A DNA stretch of 23,533 bases from Nitrospinota bacterium (GCA_036231405.1 JAZAHK010000005.1:1-23533), one strand, 5' to 3'. Shown: positions 1 through 9,076, counted from the first letter of the stretch. Numbers and translations are program-made. Notes: generated from the sequence alone by a model not told the origin.

Positions 1-1
1 A

Positions 2-544
2 AACACTATTGAAACACCGCTTTTCGTGAAACCTGTTTCACAGGGGAGTAGTTTTGGAGTTCATTTTGTAAAAGACAAATCAAGTATCCAAAACATTATT
101 GAAAAATCTTTTGAATTTGACAACAAAATAATGATAGAAGAGTTCGCTAACGGAAGAGAAATAGAGTGTGCCATTTTAGAAAATAAACAAGAAAAACCAT
201 ATATCCTTGCGAGTCCTCTTATGGAGATAATTCCAAAAAGTGAGTGGTACGATTTTGACTCTAAATATACGGACGGGATGGCTGAATTAATAATACCAGC
301 AAATCTGGACGAATCCACAAAAAAGAAAATTCAAGAATATGCGAAATCTGCTTTTAGGATTATTGGCTGTTCAGACCTTGCTAGAATCGATTTCTTTTAT
401 AGAGAAGCAGAAGGTGAAATTTTTATCAACGAAGTTAATACCCTGCCTGGGTTCACCGAATTAAGCGGTTTCCCCAAAATGATAGGTGCTGCGGGTATAA
501 CCTACAATAAAATGATCGATATACTAATAAACAATTCAAAATAA
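2..544 (+). CDS. ddl: D-alanine--D-alanine ligase, C-terminal part (5'-truncated by window)
   Basis: Frame is open from base 2. ATP-grasp motifs FVKP..QGSS.GV, EE...GREIEC, YDFDSKY (omega-loop Tyr typical of D-Ala-D-Ala ligases), ARIDFF, NEVNTLPGFT. Confidence 0.95.
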   Translation, partial: NTIETPLFVKPVSQGSSFGVHFVKDKSSIQNIIEKSFEFDNKIMIEEFANGREIECAILENKQEKPYILASPLMEIIPKSEWYDFDSKYTDGMAELIIPANLDESTKKKIQEYAKSAFRIIGCSDLARIDFFYREAEGEIFINEVNTLPGFTELSGFPKMIGAAGITYNKMIDILINNSK

Positions 545-591
545 TTAATCTTTATTTATCAATAACTTACCAAACGCACTTATTCTTAATT

Positions 592-1500
592 CTAATTTAT
601 GTAAATTTCTTCCCTAGTAGATGGATCATCATATCTACTTTCTTGAATTGAGAATTTTTGTAAAAGCACTTGATATAAACCCAAACCACCTCTGTAAAAA
701 GCCGTAGAGGAACATGCTAGCCACAGTTTATATATCCTGTAGTTTCTTTCCCCAATAATATCGCGAATTTTTTCTGAATGTTCCTCAAGGTTATCAAACC
801 ATTCTTGGCAAGTTTTTGCGTAGTGAAGACGTAAATTTTCAACATCAAGAATTTCCCATCTTTCTTGCTCCATAACATTCATCATATTTGTAATGTTTTC
901 AAGTTCCCCATTTGGAAAAACATTTTTCTGGAGAAAGTCATTCTGACTTGTCTCAATTCTAAATTTTTGGCAAGTTATTCCGTGATTTAAAAAAAGGCCC
1001 TCATCCTCTAACCGTTCCCTTATTCCCCTAAAAAAAGAAGGATAGTTAGCAATTCCAACATGTTCTATTATCCCAATTGCGGATATCTTAGAAAATTTTT
1101 TTTCTGAAGGAAAATCACGATAATCCAAATGCAAAACTTTACAACGATCAGAAAGTCCTTCTTTTTGGATCCATTCATTTGCCCATTTCGCTTGTTCCTT
1201 AGACAAGGTAACTCCCGTTGCATTAACTCCGTAATGTTTCGAAGCCCAAATAACTAAACTTCCCCAACCGCAACCAATGTCCAAAAATGAATCGTCAGAA
1301 TTAATACGTAATTTCCTACACACCAAATCCATTTTATCTTTTTGAGCAACTGCCAATTTGTTTTGAGGGGACCTATAGTATGCACAGGTATAGAGCATAT
1401 TTTCGCACAAAAGCAATTCATAAAAATCGTTTGAGAGATCGTAGTGAAAAGAAATTGCTTCTGCATCTGCCGATTTTATTCGATTTTTCTTCATACTCAT
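592..1500 (-). CDS. cfa: Cyclopropane-fatty-acyl-phospholipid synthase family SAM methyltransferase, catalytic domain only (~302 aa)
   Basis: HYDLSNDFY, YTCAYY, LDIGCGWG, GVTLS.EQ, DYRD, EHVG, FPNGEL, LHYAKT. Start moved to ATG at 1500 because GGAGG lies just upstream (1504-1508). Confidence 0.9.
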   Translation of the reverse strand: MSMKKNRIKSADAEAISFHYDLSNDFYELLLCENMLYTCAYYRSPQNKLAVAQKDKMDLVCRKLRINSDDSFLDIGCGWGSLVIWASKHYGVNATGVTLSKEQAKWANEWIQKEGLSDRCKVLHLDYRDFPSEKKFSKISAIGIIEHVGIANYPSFFRGIRERLEDEGLFLNHGITCQKFRIETSQNDFLQKNVFPNGELENITNMMNVMEQERWEILDVENLRLHYAKTCQEWFDNLEEHSEKIRDIIGERNYRIYKLWLACSSTAFYRGGLGLYQVLLQKFSIQESRYDDPSTREEIYIN

Positions 1501-1511
1501 TTTCCTCCACA

Positions 1512-2639
1512 TTAACCGATACCGAATGCGCCCTCTAAAACAAAACGCCTTCTAAGCCAAGCATTTTTACACATTAGCTTCGCAATACTCTTGGTAATAT
1601 TAGTCGGTAAAAATTCTATGACTTTACCCCCTAAGCTAACTTCGCCATTTCCATACAATGCACATATTCTATCTTTATAGTTATCCAAATTTTTACCAGA
1701 ATCAAGGAAATCTAAAATATTGGCACTTGCGATAATTGAACTCTTAATGGCAGGCCCGATACCCTCACCACTAAAATCTTGAGCAAGTCCAGCTGCATCA
1801 CCAACCAACAAAAATCTATCTCCTGCAATATTTCTTGAAAATGTTCTATATATGGAGTAAGCATGCCCTTTAAATTTATTAAGAACAGCGTCAGCACTCA
1901 ATCTTCCAGTATTGTGAAGTGTTTTTAAAAACCGATGTAACCTTTCATGAACACTAGGTTCTTTCCCTACACAACCAACTCCAATATTGAGATAATCCCC
2001 TTTCGTGAAATACCACGCATATCCATTAAAATCAGCCTCGGGAAACAGTTCAGGCAGTCCATAGTTAGGAGCAATAGATTGTAAAACATCTGAACCTATT
2101 TTAGTTTCACTTTCTTGCGTTAAAACAACAGATTCTTCAGAAGAAATAGAACCACAACTTCGTGCGACCGGACAGGTATGCCCCCCTGCTCCAACCACAA
2201 TTGAAGACTTAAAAGACTCTTTATCAGAGTAAACTGTCACACTATTTTCATGAAATTTTACTTCCCGCACACGAATCCCACAACGAACATCCACCCCAGT
2301 TTTTTCTGCACGTTTCAACAAAAAATGGTCAAATTCATAACGAATGATTCCATAACTTGCAGGCTCATCCCAACTTGTTTCGTAAGATTTGCCATCACAG
2401 TCAATAAAAATCGAAGAGAAAGGTTGAATTGTCAAAGGATAGTCACTTGGACTCAGTTCTAGATCAGACAGAGCCTGTTTTGTAATCCATCCAGCACATA
2501 ATTTAACACGAGGAAAAATTGATGCGTCTAGAAGTAATACTTTTTTTTCTGCTAAAGCAAGTTTCCTGGCAACCGTACTCCCTGCGGGACCACCGCCAAT
2601 CACAATCACATCCCACATATCCAAATTCAAATCATCCAT
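1512..2639 (-). CDS. Geranylgeranyl-reductase-family FAD-dependent oxidoreductase
   Basis: GGGPAG FAD fold, FPR.K.CAG, R.EFD..L, GYAWYF.KG, NIGVG, LVGDAAG......GEGI..A. Confidence 0.88.
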   Translation of the reverse strand: MDDLNLDMWDVIVIGGGPAGSTVARKLALAEKKVLLLDASIFPRVKLCAGWITKQALSDLELSPSDYPLTIQPFSSIFIDCDGKSYETSWDEPASYGIIRYEFDHFLLKRAEKTGVDVRCGIRVREVKFHENSVTVYSDKESFKSSIVVGAGGHTCPVARSCGSISSEESVVLTQESETKIGSDVLQSIAPNYGLPELFPEADFNGYAWYFTKGDYLNIGVGCVGKEPSVHERLHRFLKTLHNTGRLSADAVLNKFKGHAYSIYRTFSRNIAGDRFLLVGDAAGLAQDFSGEGIGPAIKSSIIASANILDFLDSGKNLDNYKDRICALYGNGEVSLGGKVIEFLPTNITKSIAKLMCKNAWLRRRFVLEGAFGIG

Positions 2640-2980
2640 ATCTTGATCCCATAGACCACTTTTTTAAAAAACGGTATCTCTAAATAATCAAAACTATCTG
2701 CAGCCGCAATAGACTCGAATAGATCTCCCTCAATGTTTATAAGCTGGTCGCAGTAAGCTTCAGCAAAGTTTCCCGCTGTTGGATTTAACATGATTTTTTT
2801 AAAAATTTTCAAAGAAGTGAAATGAACCTTTATTGGTCGGACATTCTTCCCAACATCAATTTCTGTACCATCCCAGAGAACAAATGTAAGTCCATACTCA
2901 CTCTCAGAAAACAAAGAACTAACAGATTCAGTGATTTTAGAAATTGTTCGACTATCCAAAGATTTCATTTCTGCAGACAT
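2627..2980 (-). CDS. Small protein resembling the N-terminal domain of two-domain Cfa synthases (~117 aa)
   Basis: FVLWDG...NP....FAEAY....INIEGDL pattern recalls the Cfa N-terminal domain (LWDG...LGEAY..G.IDIEGDL). ATG at 2980 follows GGTGG, and the stop overlaps the next gene. Confidence 0.72.
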   Translation of the reverse strand: MSAEMKSLDSRTISKITESVSSLFSESEYGLTFVLWDGTEIDVGKNVRPIKVHFTSLKIFKKIMLNPTAGNFAEAYCDQLINIEGDLFESIAAADSFDYLEIPFFKKVVYGIKIWMI

Positions 2981-3014
2981 ATCAGCCACCAAAATGTTCT
3001 TTAACTAAAAAATT

Positions 3015-3044
3015 ATTTTAAAAAACACACCTATCTAAAGTCAA
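3015..3044 (-). promoter_or_regulatory. Putative sigma70 promoter for the three-gene lipid-modification unit
   Basis: Minus strand TTGACT (3044-3039), 18-bp spacer, TAAAAT (3020-3015), upstream of ATG 2980. The background is AT-rich. Confidence 0.45.
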
Positions 3045-3076
3045 TAGTTCTTTTTGAAGAGAATCAAAGTATAAAA

Positions 3077-3943
3077 CTAAAATTGAAGTCTTATAGTAAC
3101 AAGCACAACACCTATTACTATAATAATTGAGGATGCTATAACAGGAAGTGTTATTTTCTCTTTGTCACCCAGAATTAATGGGGCAAGGAAAAGTGTAAAC
3201 AAAGGAACGGTAGCAACTAAAGGCGAAACTCTATAAACCTCACTTCTACTAAGAGCAAAAAGTAAACTAAACTGAGCAAATGCCATTGCAATTCCAGAAA
3301 GAAGAAAATTTCTATTGCTCTTTAAGTTAAAGACAAAAGGTTCCCATTTGTTGCTCATTTTCAAAAAAATAGGACCAAAAATCGATGCAGATAGACCCTG
3401 AACAAAACCGGCAAACAATAAGGAAGTATGTGATTCAATCCCATTTTTTCTTAGTGCGTGAGCTAATCCAAAACACATAGCAGAGATCAACGGAAATATA
3501 AGGAATTTTGATCTCCCCATAGCGTTTTTTCCACCTCCTGAAATAAAAACAATTCCTATTACAACCAGAATGATCCCTATCCAAACATGCAAGGAAGGTC
3601 TCTCTCCAAGGATAAAAAAAGCAGATAATGCTCCAAAAATTGCGTGAGTATTCGAAATTGCATTTGTCCTAGCAACCCCGATACGGTTTATGGATAGGAA
3701 AAGAAACAATAGAGAAAGTGCAGGAGATGACAACCCAGCAAAAATAAAAAACAACAAACTATAAGTAATTGTAAATTGCGAAAAATCTACAAAAAAAAGT
3801 GAGAATGCAAACAAAGAAAATTGTGTCTGTAAAACTATGAAGCTTCCTGTTTGCGGGGTACTATAATCTAAACCTTTTCTGGTAAAAATACTTGACAATG
3901 CGAAGAAAAAAGCCGGAATTAAACCAAGTAAATCTATATCCAT
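3077..3943 (-). CDS. EamA/DMT family transporter
   Basis: 288 aa, about 10 hydrophobic segments in two repeats with LGE/LGD.E motifs and 'GIILVVIG'. GGAGG RBS. Confidence 0.88.
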   Translation of the reverse strand: MDIDLLGLIPAFFFALSSIFTRKGLDYSTPQTGSFIVLQTQFSLFAFSLFFVDFSQFTITYSLLFFIFAGLSSPALSLLFLFLSINRIGVARTNAISNTHAIFGALSAFFILGERPSLHVWIGIILVVIGIVFISGGGKNAMGRSKFLIFPLISAMCFGLAHALRKNGIESHTSLLFAGFVQGLSASIFGPIFLKMSNKWEPFVFNLKSNRNFLLSGIAMAFAQFSLLFALSRSEVYRVSPLVATVPLFTLFLAPLILGDKEKITLPVIASSIIIVIGVVLVTIRLQF

Positions 3944-3980
3944 ACCTCCGTGAATACAAGGAACGATTACACAAAAGAAA

Positions 3981-4928
3981 TTATAAAATTTCTGGATTTA
4001 TAACACTTGCAGGTACTAACCCAGAAAGAGAATCTCTAAGAATTTCACAGGTTTTTTGAATTGCGAGATCTTGTGTTTCCGGAGTTCTTGACGAATTATG
4101 AGGAGTAATCAAAACGTTTTCAAGCTCCCATATTGGATGTTCTTCAGGCAGTGGCTCAGGGTCGGTAACATCTAGACCTGCTCCATATATTTTTCCAAAT
4201 TTGATCCCGTCGTAAAGATCATCAGTCACAACAATTGCCCCTCTTGAAACATTAATTAAAATACAGTTTTTTTTCATAAGATTTATAGTTTGTTTGCAAA
4301 TCAAACCCCTTGTTTCCGCTAACAAAGGCAAGGCAAGGACAATAAAATCTGAATTTTTCAAAATTGTCTCAAGAGAAACAAATTGAATGTTAATATCTTG
4401 ACAAATAGTAGGATCCGAGGTTCTTGTATTCACCAAAATATCCATGTCAAACCCTTTAGCAATTTTGGCAACATGCATGCCAATATTTCCTAATCCAAAA
4501 ATTCCTATTTTTTTCTTTGCAAGTTGAACCCCAGGAATATGCCTCCACTTTTCTTGTTCGTTATGCATCCATGCATGCCTTGCAATATGAAGTATCATAA
4601 AAAAAACATGCTCAGAAATTGCCTGTCCCCTCACTCCTGCAACATTGCAAACCATTACCTTAGATTTTGTAGCATACTCCAAATCGATATTGTCTATTCC
4701 CACACCAGGTTTGACTATAACTTTCAAATTAGGTGCTAGAGAAATCATTTCTCTAGTAACATCGGAAAAAACTGTAAGAATGGCATCTGTCTCGGGCAAG
4801 TATTGTTTTAAAACATTAATTTCAAAACTATCCGGATATACTATTTCGTTTCCTACACCAATAACTTCTTCTTCTAGTTCCCAAGCGGGAGCCTTAAGCA
4901 ATGGATCCACTGCCAAAATCCTTCCCAA
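3981..4928 (-). CDS. D-isomer-specific 2-hydroxyacid dehydrogenase
   Basis: GVGIDNID, GIFGLGNIG, NVSRG, LDV.DPEPL, ITPH catalytic motifs. TTG start with GAGGG upstream. Confidence 0.92.
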   Translation of the reverse strand: MGRILAVDPLLKAPAWELEEEVIGVGNEIVYPDSFEINVLKQYLPETDAILTVFSDVTREMISLAPNLKVIVKPGVGIDNIDLEYATKSKVMVCNVAGVRGQAISEHVFFMILHIARHAWMHNEQEKWRHIPGVQLAKKKIGIFGLGNIGMHVAKIAKGFDMDILVNTRTSDPTICQDINIQFVSLETILKNSDFIVLALPLLAETRGLICKQTINLMKKNCILINVSRGAIVVTDDLYDGIKFGKIYGAGLDVTDPEPLPEEHPIWELENVLITPHNSSRTPETQDLAIQKTCEILRDSLSGLVPASVINPEIL

Positions 4929-4949
4929 TGTAAAACCCTCTGTGTATAT

Positions 4950-5981
4950 TTATTCTTCGTCAAGAATTTCTTCTATTGAGACTGATCTTTTTTCCAAATC
5001 GCTCAATAAAATTGCTCTCATAATCGCCAGAGCTCGCACTCCCTGAATACCAGAAACTTCTGGAGTCTTCCCAGTACGAACCGCAGCGTGCAAATCTACG
5101 AATTGTTCAGCATTAGCCGATGCACGACCAGAAATAAAATCTAAATCTAAATCGAAGAATTCCGCTTCCCATGCTTCTTGTCCCTCTTTCTGGATTCTTG
5201 GCATATGTGCGTTAGACAAAAGTAAGTTCGCCTTTGATCCTTGTATTTCAAAAGTGAACGACATGGGAGAGAGATACGAGCCGGAAATTATTCCAACCTG
5301 ACCAGATCCAAAACGCAAGACTGAAGCAGCCGAGTCTTTTGTCATTGACGGACCTCCAACTTTTCCGCAATTTGCGGTAACTTCAACTACTTCCCCAAAT
5401 AGAAATTCCATTACATCAGAAAGATGAATCGTATAACTGTAAAGAGGCCCTCCTGGATTCTCCAAAGGATCCCATCTCAGACTATCTATTCCCGAAACCA
5501 GTCCTAAGTTCCCCGAAAATTGTGAAATAGCGATGCTTATCAATCCCAAGTTTTCTGCAGAAACTTGTTCTTTTGCAAAACGAAACATCGGCCATCTTCT
5601 GAAATTTTGTCCAATATGTAGCCTTACATTGGACTCTTCGCAAGCACGAACAATTTCTTTCGCATCAGAAATACGTAAAGCCATTGGCTTTTCAAGATGT
5701 ATATGTTTACCTGCACGCGCTGCAGAAATAGCGTGTTCGAAATGAACGCCATTAGAAGAGGCTATTACGACAGCATCAACACATGAATCTTTAAGCAGGT
5801 CATCTAAGGAAGAGTAATTTTTCGCGTCGAATTTTTCAGCAAATTCTTCTCTGGATTTTTCAGTCCTAGCGAAACAACCTTCAACCTTCGCAACTTTTGA
5901 ATCTATCGCAGCCTGAGCCAATACACTCCCCCACCAACCCAGACCAACAAAACCTAGACCTATTTGCTTATCTATTGACAA
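4950..5981 (-). CDS. Gfo/Idh/MocA family NAD(P)-dependent oxidoreductase
   Basis: GLGWWG, H......A..AGKH..LEKP, GG.L....IH..D. Confidence 0.92.
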   Translation of the reverse strand: MSIDKQIGLGFVGLGWWGSVLAQAAIDSKVAKVEGCFARTEKSREEFAEKFDAKNYSSLDDLLKDSCVDAVVIASSNGVHFEHAISAARAGKHIHLEKPMALRISDAKEIVRACEESNVRLHIGQNFRRWPMFRFAKEQVSAENLGLISIAISQFSGNLGLVSGIDSLRWDPLENPGGPLYSYTIHLSDVMEFLFGEVVEVTANCGKVGGPSMTKDSAASVLRFGSGQVGIISGSYLSPMSFTFEIQGSKANLLLSNAHMPRIQKEGQEAWEAEFFDLDLDFISGRASANAEQFVDLHAAVRTGKTPEVSGIQGVRALAIMRAILLSDLEKRSVSIEEILDEE

Positions 5982-5990
5982 TTGAGAAAC

Positions 5991-7082
5991 TCACTCAATG
6001 ATTTTTAACTCTGGAACACTAACTGGAGAAGAAGAATTAACAATGGCTACTTGGAGAGCTACATTCCTTGCAGTTTCCTTGAATGCTTGTGCTACCGGAT
6101 CCTCATTTTTGCTTAAAACAATCGGAGACCCTTCATCACCACCAAGGCGAACCTTTATATCTAAGGGAATCGAACCTATAAAAGGAACCTCATACTTTTC
6201 TGCTGCTCTCTCGCCTCCCCCATTGTCAAAAATATTTTCGCGATGATTGCATGAGGGACACTCGTAGTAGCTCATATTTTCAATAATACCAAGAATAGGG
6301 ACGTCAGTTTTTCGGAACATCTGCAACCCTTTTCTAGCATCAAGCAAAGCTATATCTTGAGGAGTAGAGACAATAACGGCTCCCGCCAGAGAAACTTGCT
6401 GGACTATTGTTAATTGTGCATCTCCAGTTCCTGGTGGAAGATCAAGGATCAGGTAATCTAAATCGCCCCAAATTGTTTCTGATAAAAACTGAGTGAGCGC
6501 CTTCATGACCATCGGACCTCTCCAAATAACAGGACTGTCTTCCTCAATCAAGAAACCCATAGACATAACCCTTACTCCATGCGCTTCCAGAGGGTAAATA
6601 CGATTCTTCTCATCTGCATGCGGCTTTTGATCCGGGATTCCAAGCATCAAGGGCTGACTAGGACCATAAATATCTGCATCCAAAATACCCACATTCGCTC
6701 CCTCCAAAGATAAAGCGAGTGCAATGTTAACAGCAATCGTTGATTTGCCAACACCACCTTTCCCACTAGCAATAGCTATAATATTTTTTACTCCAGGAAC
6801 AGACATTTTTCCAGGAGCGACAGCAGAAAATGCAATATTGCTTGCTAGGCGTACATTCACACTTTTAACTCCCTCAAGTGTTCCAACCGCCATTTTACAT
6901 TCCTCGAGAAGTTCCTCTTTTCTGGGATGAGCAGGGGTAACCAGTTCAAGAGTGAAAGCAACTGCATCTCCACAAATTTGAATATTCTTTATCATCTTCA
7001 AACTTACGATATCTTTGCCAAGATCCGGATCTCTTACCTTACTTAAGGCATCCAAAACCTGGACCTCACTTAGTTCTTGCAT
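5991..7082 (-). CDS. apbC: Mrp/ApbC Fe-S cluster carrier ATPase with N-terminal DUF59-like domain
   Basis: DPDL..DIV, ASGKGGVGKST, DADIYGPS, WRGPM, DLPPGTGD, ENMSYYECPSC. Confidence 0.95.
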   Translation of the reverse strand: MQELSEVQVLDALSKVRDPDLGKDIVSLKMIKNIQICGDAVAFTLELVTPAHPRKEELLEECKMAVGTLEGVKSVNVRLASNIAFSAVAPGKMSVPGVKNIIAIASGKGGVGKSTIAVNIALALSLEGANVGILDADIYGPSQPLMLGIPDQKPHADEKNRIYPLEAHGVRVMSMGFLIEEDSPVIWRGPMVMKALTQFLSETIWGDLDYLILDLPPGTGDAQLTIVQQVSLAGAVIVSTPQDIALLDARKGLQMFRKTDVPILGIIENMSYYECPSCNHRENIFDNGGGERAAEKYEVPFIGSIPLDIKVRLGGDEGSPIVLSKNEDPVAQAFKETARNVALQVAIVNSSSPVSVPELKIIE

Positions 7083-7188
7083 TCTGAATTCCTTTCAAAC
7101 AAAACAAAATATTTTTAATTAAAATTAATGCCACCTATGATTACCTATTTTAAAACAATACGAAAACAAAATGAAACAAGATTAAGAC

Positions 7189-7217
7189 TTGAGACAAAAT
7201 ATCCTAACAATTATAAT
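7189..7217 (+). promoter_or_regulatory. Putative sigma70 promoter of etfBA
   Basis: TTGAGA (7189-7194), 17-bp spacer, TATAAT (7212-7217), upstream of the AAGGAG RBS and TTG start at 7271. Confidence 0.65.
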
Positions 7218-7270
7218 TCCATTCACTTTATGAAAAAAAACTTACAGTTTGATTAAGGAGTTAAATCAAG

Positions 7271-8071
7271 TTGAATATTATAGTTTGCATTAAACAAGTA
7301 CAAGACCCAGACATTCCACCTCGAGATTTCAAAGTTGATGAAGAAAAAATGGAAGTCTTATCTCCTGCGAACGTTTCTCCTGTTATTAGCACTTTTGATG
7401 AGAATGCTATTGAAGAAGCAATTGCTCTCAAGGAAGTACATGGGGGGAAAATTACAGTGGTTACGGTAGGCTCCGAAAGTTGTAAGGACTCATTGAAAAA
7501 ATGTCTGGCCATGGGTTGCGATGATGCCATATTACTCAATGATGATTGTTTTGAAGATTCAGATGCGTTTGGAATTGCTCGCATTTTAGCAGCGGCAATC
7601 GAGAAAATAGGAGAGTTTGACATTATCATGTGTGGAAGATTGAGTAGTGACTGGAGTTTTGGTTCAACTGGTCTCGCTTTAGCAGAAGCTCTTGGTCTAC
7701 CAAGCGTAGGTCAATTGCAGAAAATTACGGTCGAGGGAGATGAACTAATTTGCGAGAGAGGTCTTGAGGATGGAGTAGAAGTAGTTAAAGTAAAAACTCC
7801 ATGTTTGCTCACAGTTAGTAATGAAATAAACAATCCTCGTTTACCCTCTGTAAAAGGCATTTTAATGGCTTCGCGCAAACAACTACCAATTTGGAAAAGT
7901 ACCGACATAGAAATAGACGAATCAAAAATCGGAAGTTCAGCGAATACCCTGGAACTTACCAAACTTTACCAACCAGTTTTCACTGGCAACTGTGAATTTA
8001 TTGAAGATGAAAGCCTTGAGGAAGCCGCCAAAAAATTAGCTTTACGTCTTCGTGAAGATAAAATTATTTAG
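7271..8071 (+). CDS. etfB: Electron transfer flavoprotein beta subunit
   Basis: IIVCIKQV.DP, D..A.EEA..LKE, LAMG.D, N.PRLPS.KGI. Confidence 0.93.
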   Translation: MNIIVCIKQVQDPDIPPRDFKVDEEKMEVLSPANVSPVISTFDENAIEEAIALKEVHGGKITVVTVGSESCKDSLKKCLAMGCDDAILLNDDCFEDSDAFGIARILAAAIEKIGEFDIIMCGRLSSDWSFGSTGLALAEALGLPSVGQLQKITVEGDELICERGLEDGVEVVKVKTPCLLTVSNEINNPRLPSVKGILMASRKQLPIWKSTDIEIDESKIGSSANTLELTKLYQPVFTGNCEFIEDESLEEAAKKLALRLREDKII

Positions 8072-8081
8072 GAGATGTACA

Positions 8082-9074
8082 ATGTCTAAAGATGTTCTCA
8101 TTTTAGCTGAATCCGTAGAAGATAAGCTTGCTCTCATCAGCAGTGAGTTATTAGGAATTGGCAGGAAATTAGCCGATGATTTGGGGGGAGACCTAATTGC
8201 CGTTATTCTAGGTTCCGAAGGAACAAAAGAGTTATCAAAGGGTTTAATTTCACTAGGAGCAGATAAAGTCATCGTAGGCGAATCAGATATTTTCGACGGA
8301 TATACAAATTCTTTTTATCTTGAAGGAATTGATGCAGCAGTAAGAGAAAGTTCTCCGCACACATTCCTTGTTGCAAATACTTCCGTAGGAAGAGATATCG
8401 CGCCGAGAATTGCTTTCCGCCACAATGCAAGTTACGCACATGACTGTACAGAACTATCATATGAAGACGAAAAGCTTTGTGCTATTAGGCCAGTCTGGGG
8501 TGGAAGCGCAATTAGTCATGTAAAATCAAAAACAGAAAATCTTTCCATCGCTTCTCTGCGACCTAAAGCACTACCAATGGCAGATATAATCGAAGGTCGT
8601 ACAGGAGATTTGGTTGAATTAAACATTTCGATTGAATCAGGGGAAACTCTTATGAGTTTTCTGGAAGCTAAAAAAGTTCAATCTGAAGGCGTAAGATTAG
8701 AAGATGCTGAAATAGTTGTCAGTGGTGGGAGGGGACTAGGAGGGGCTGAGAATTTTTCTCATTTAGAAAAACTTGGAAAAGTCTTAAAAGCTGCTGTAGG
8801 TGCTAGTAGAGCCGCCGTGGATGCAGGCTGGGTTCCTACGCAAATGCAAGTAGGACAAACAGGGAAAATCGTGAGTCCTAATTTGTACATTGCAGTTGGA
8901 ATTTCAGGTGCCATGCAACATATGGTAGGCGCAGGGCCAAGTAAGAATATAGTTGCAATAAACACCGATGCGGATGCCCCAATTTTTCAACGTGCTAGAT
9001 ATGGTATAGTCGGTGACTATAAAAAAGTTTTACCCGCACTTACGGAAAAATTCGAAGAACTCCTGCAGAGTTAG
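8082..9074 (+). CDS. etfA: Electron transfer flavoprotein alpha subunit
   Basis: VVSGGRG, VGASRAAVDAGW, QVGQTGK.V.P.LYIAVGISGA.QH, AINTD.DAPIF. ATG at 8082 follows AGGAG. Confidence 0.96.
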   Translation: MSKDVLILAESVEDKLALISSELLGIGRKLADDLGGDLIAVILGSEGTKELSKGLISLGADKVIVGESDIFDGYTNSFYLEGIDAAVRESSPHTFLVANTSVGRDIAPRIAFRHNASYAHDCTELSYEDEKLCAIRPVWGGSAISHVKSKTENLSIASLRPKALPMADIIEGRTGDLVELNISIESGETLMSFLEAKKVQSEGVRLEDAEIVVSGGRGLGGAENFSHLEKLGKVLKAAVGASRAAVDAGWVPTQMQVGQTGKIVSPNLYIAVGISGAMQHMVGAGPSKNIVAINTDADAPIFQRARYGIVGDYKKVLPALTEKFEELLQS

Positions 9075-9076
9075 AG

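Noticed and set aside
2618-2645. Frameshifted fusion of the small Cfa-N ORF to the reductase
   Set aside because: The 13-bp overlap (ATGGATGATTTGA) looks like ordinary translational coupling. There is no slippery run at the junction, and the reductase begins with a normal N-terminal FAD motif. Reads would be needed to exclude it fully.
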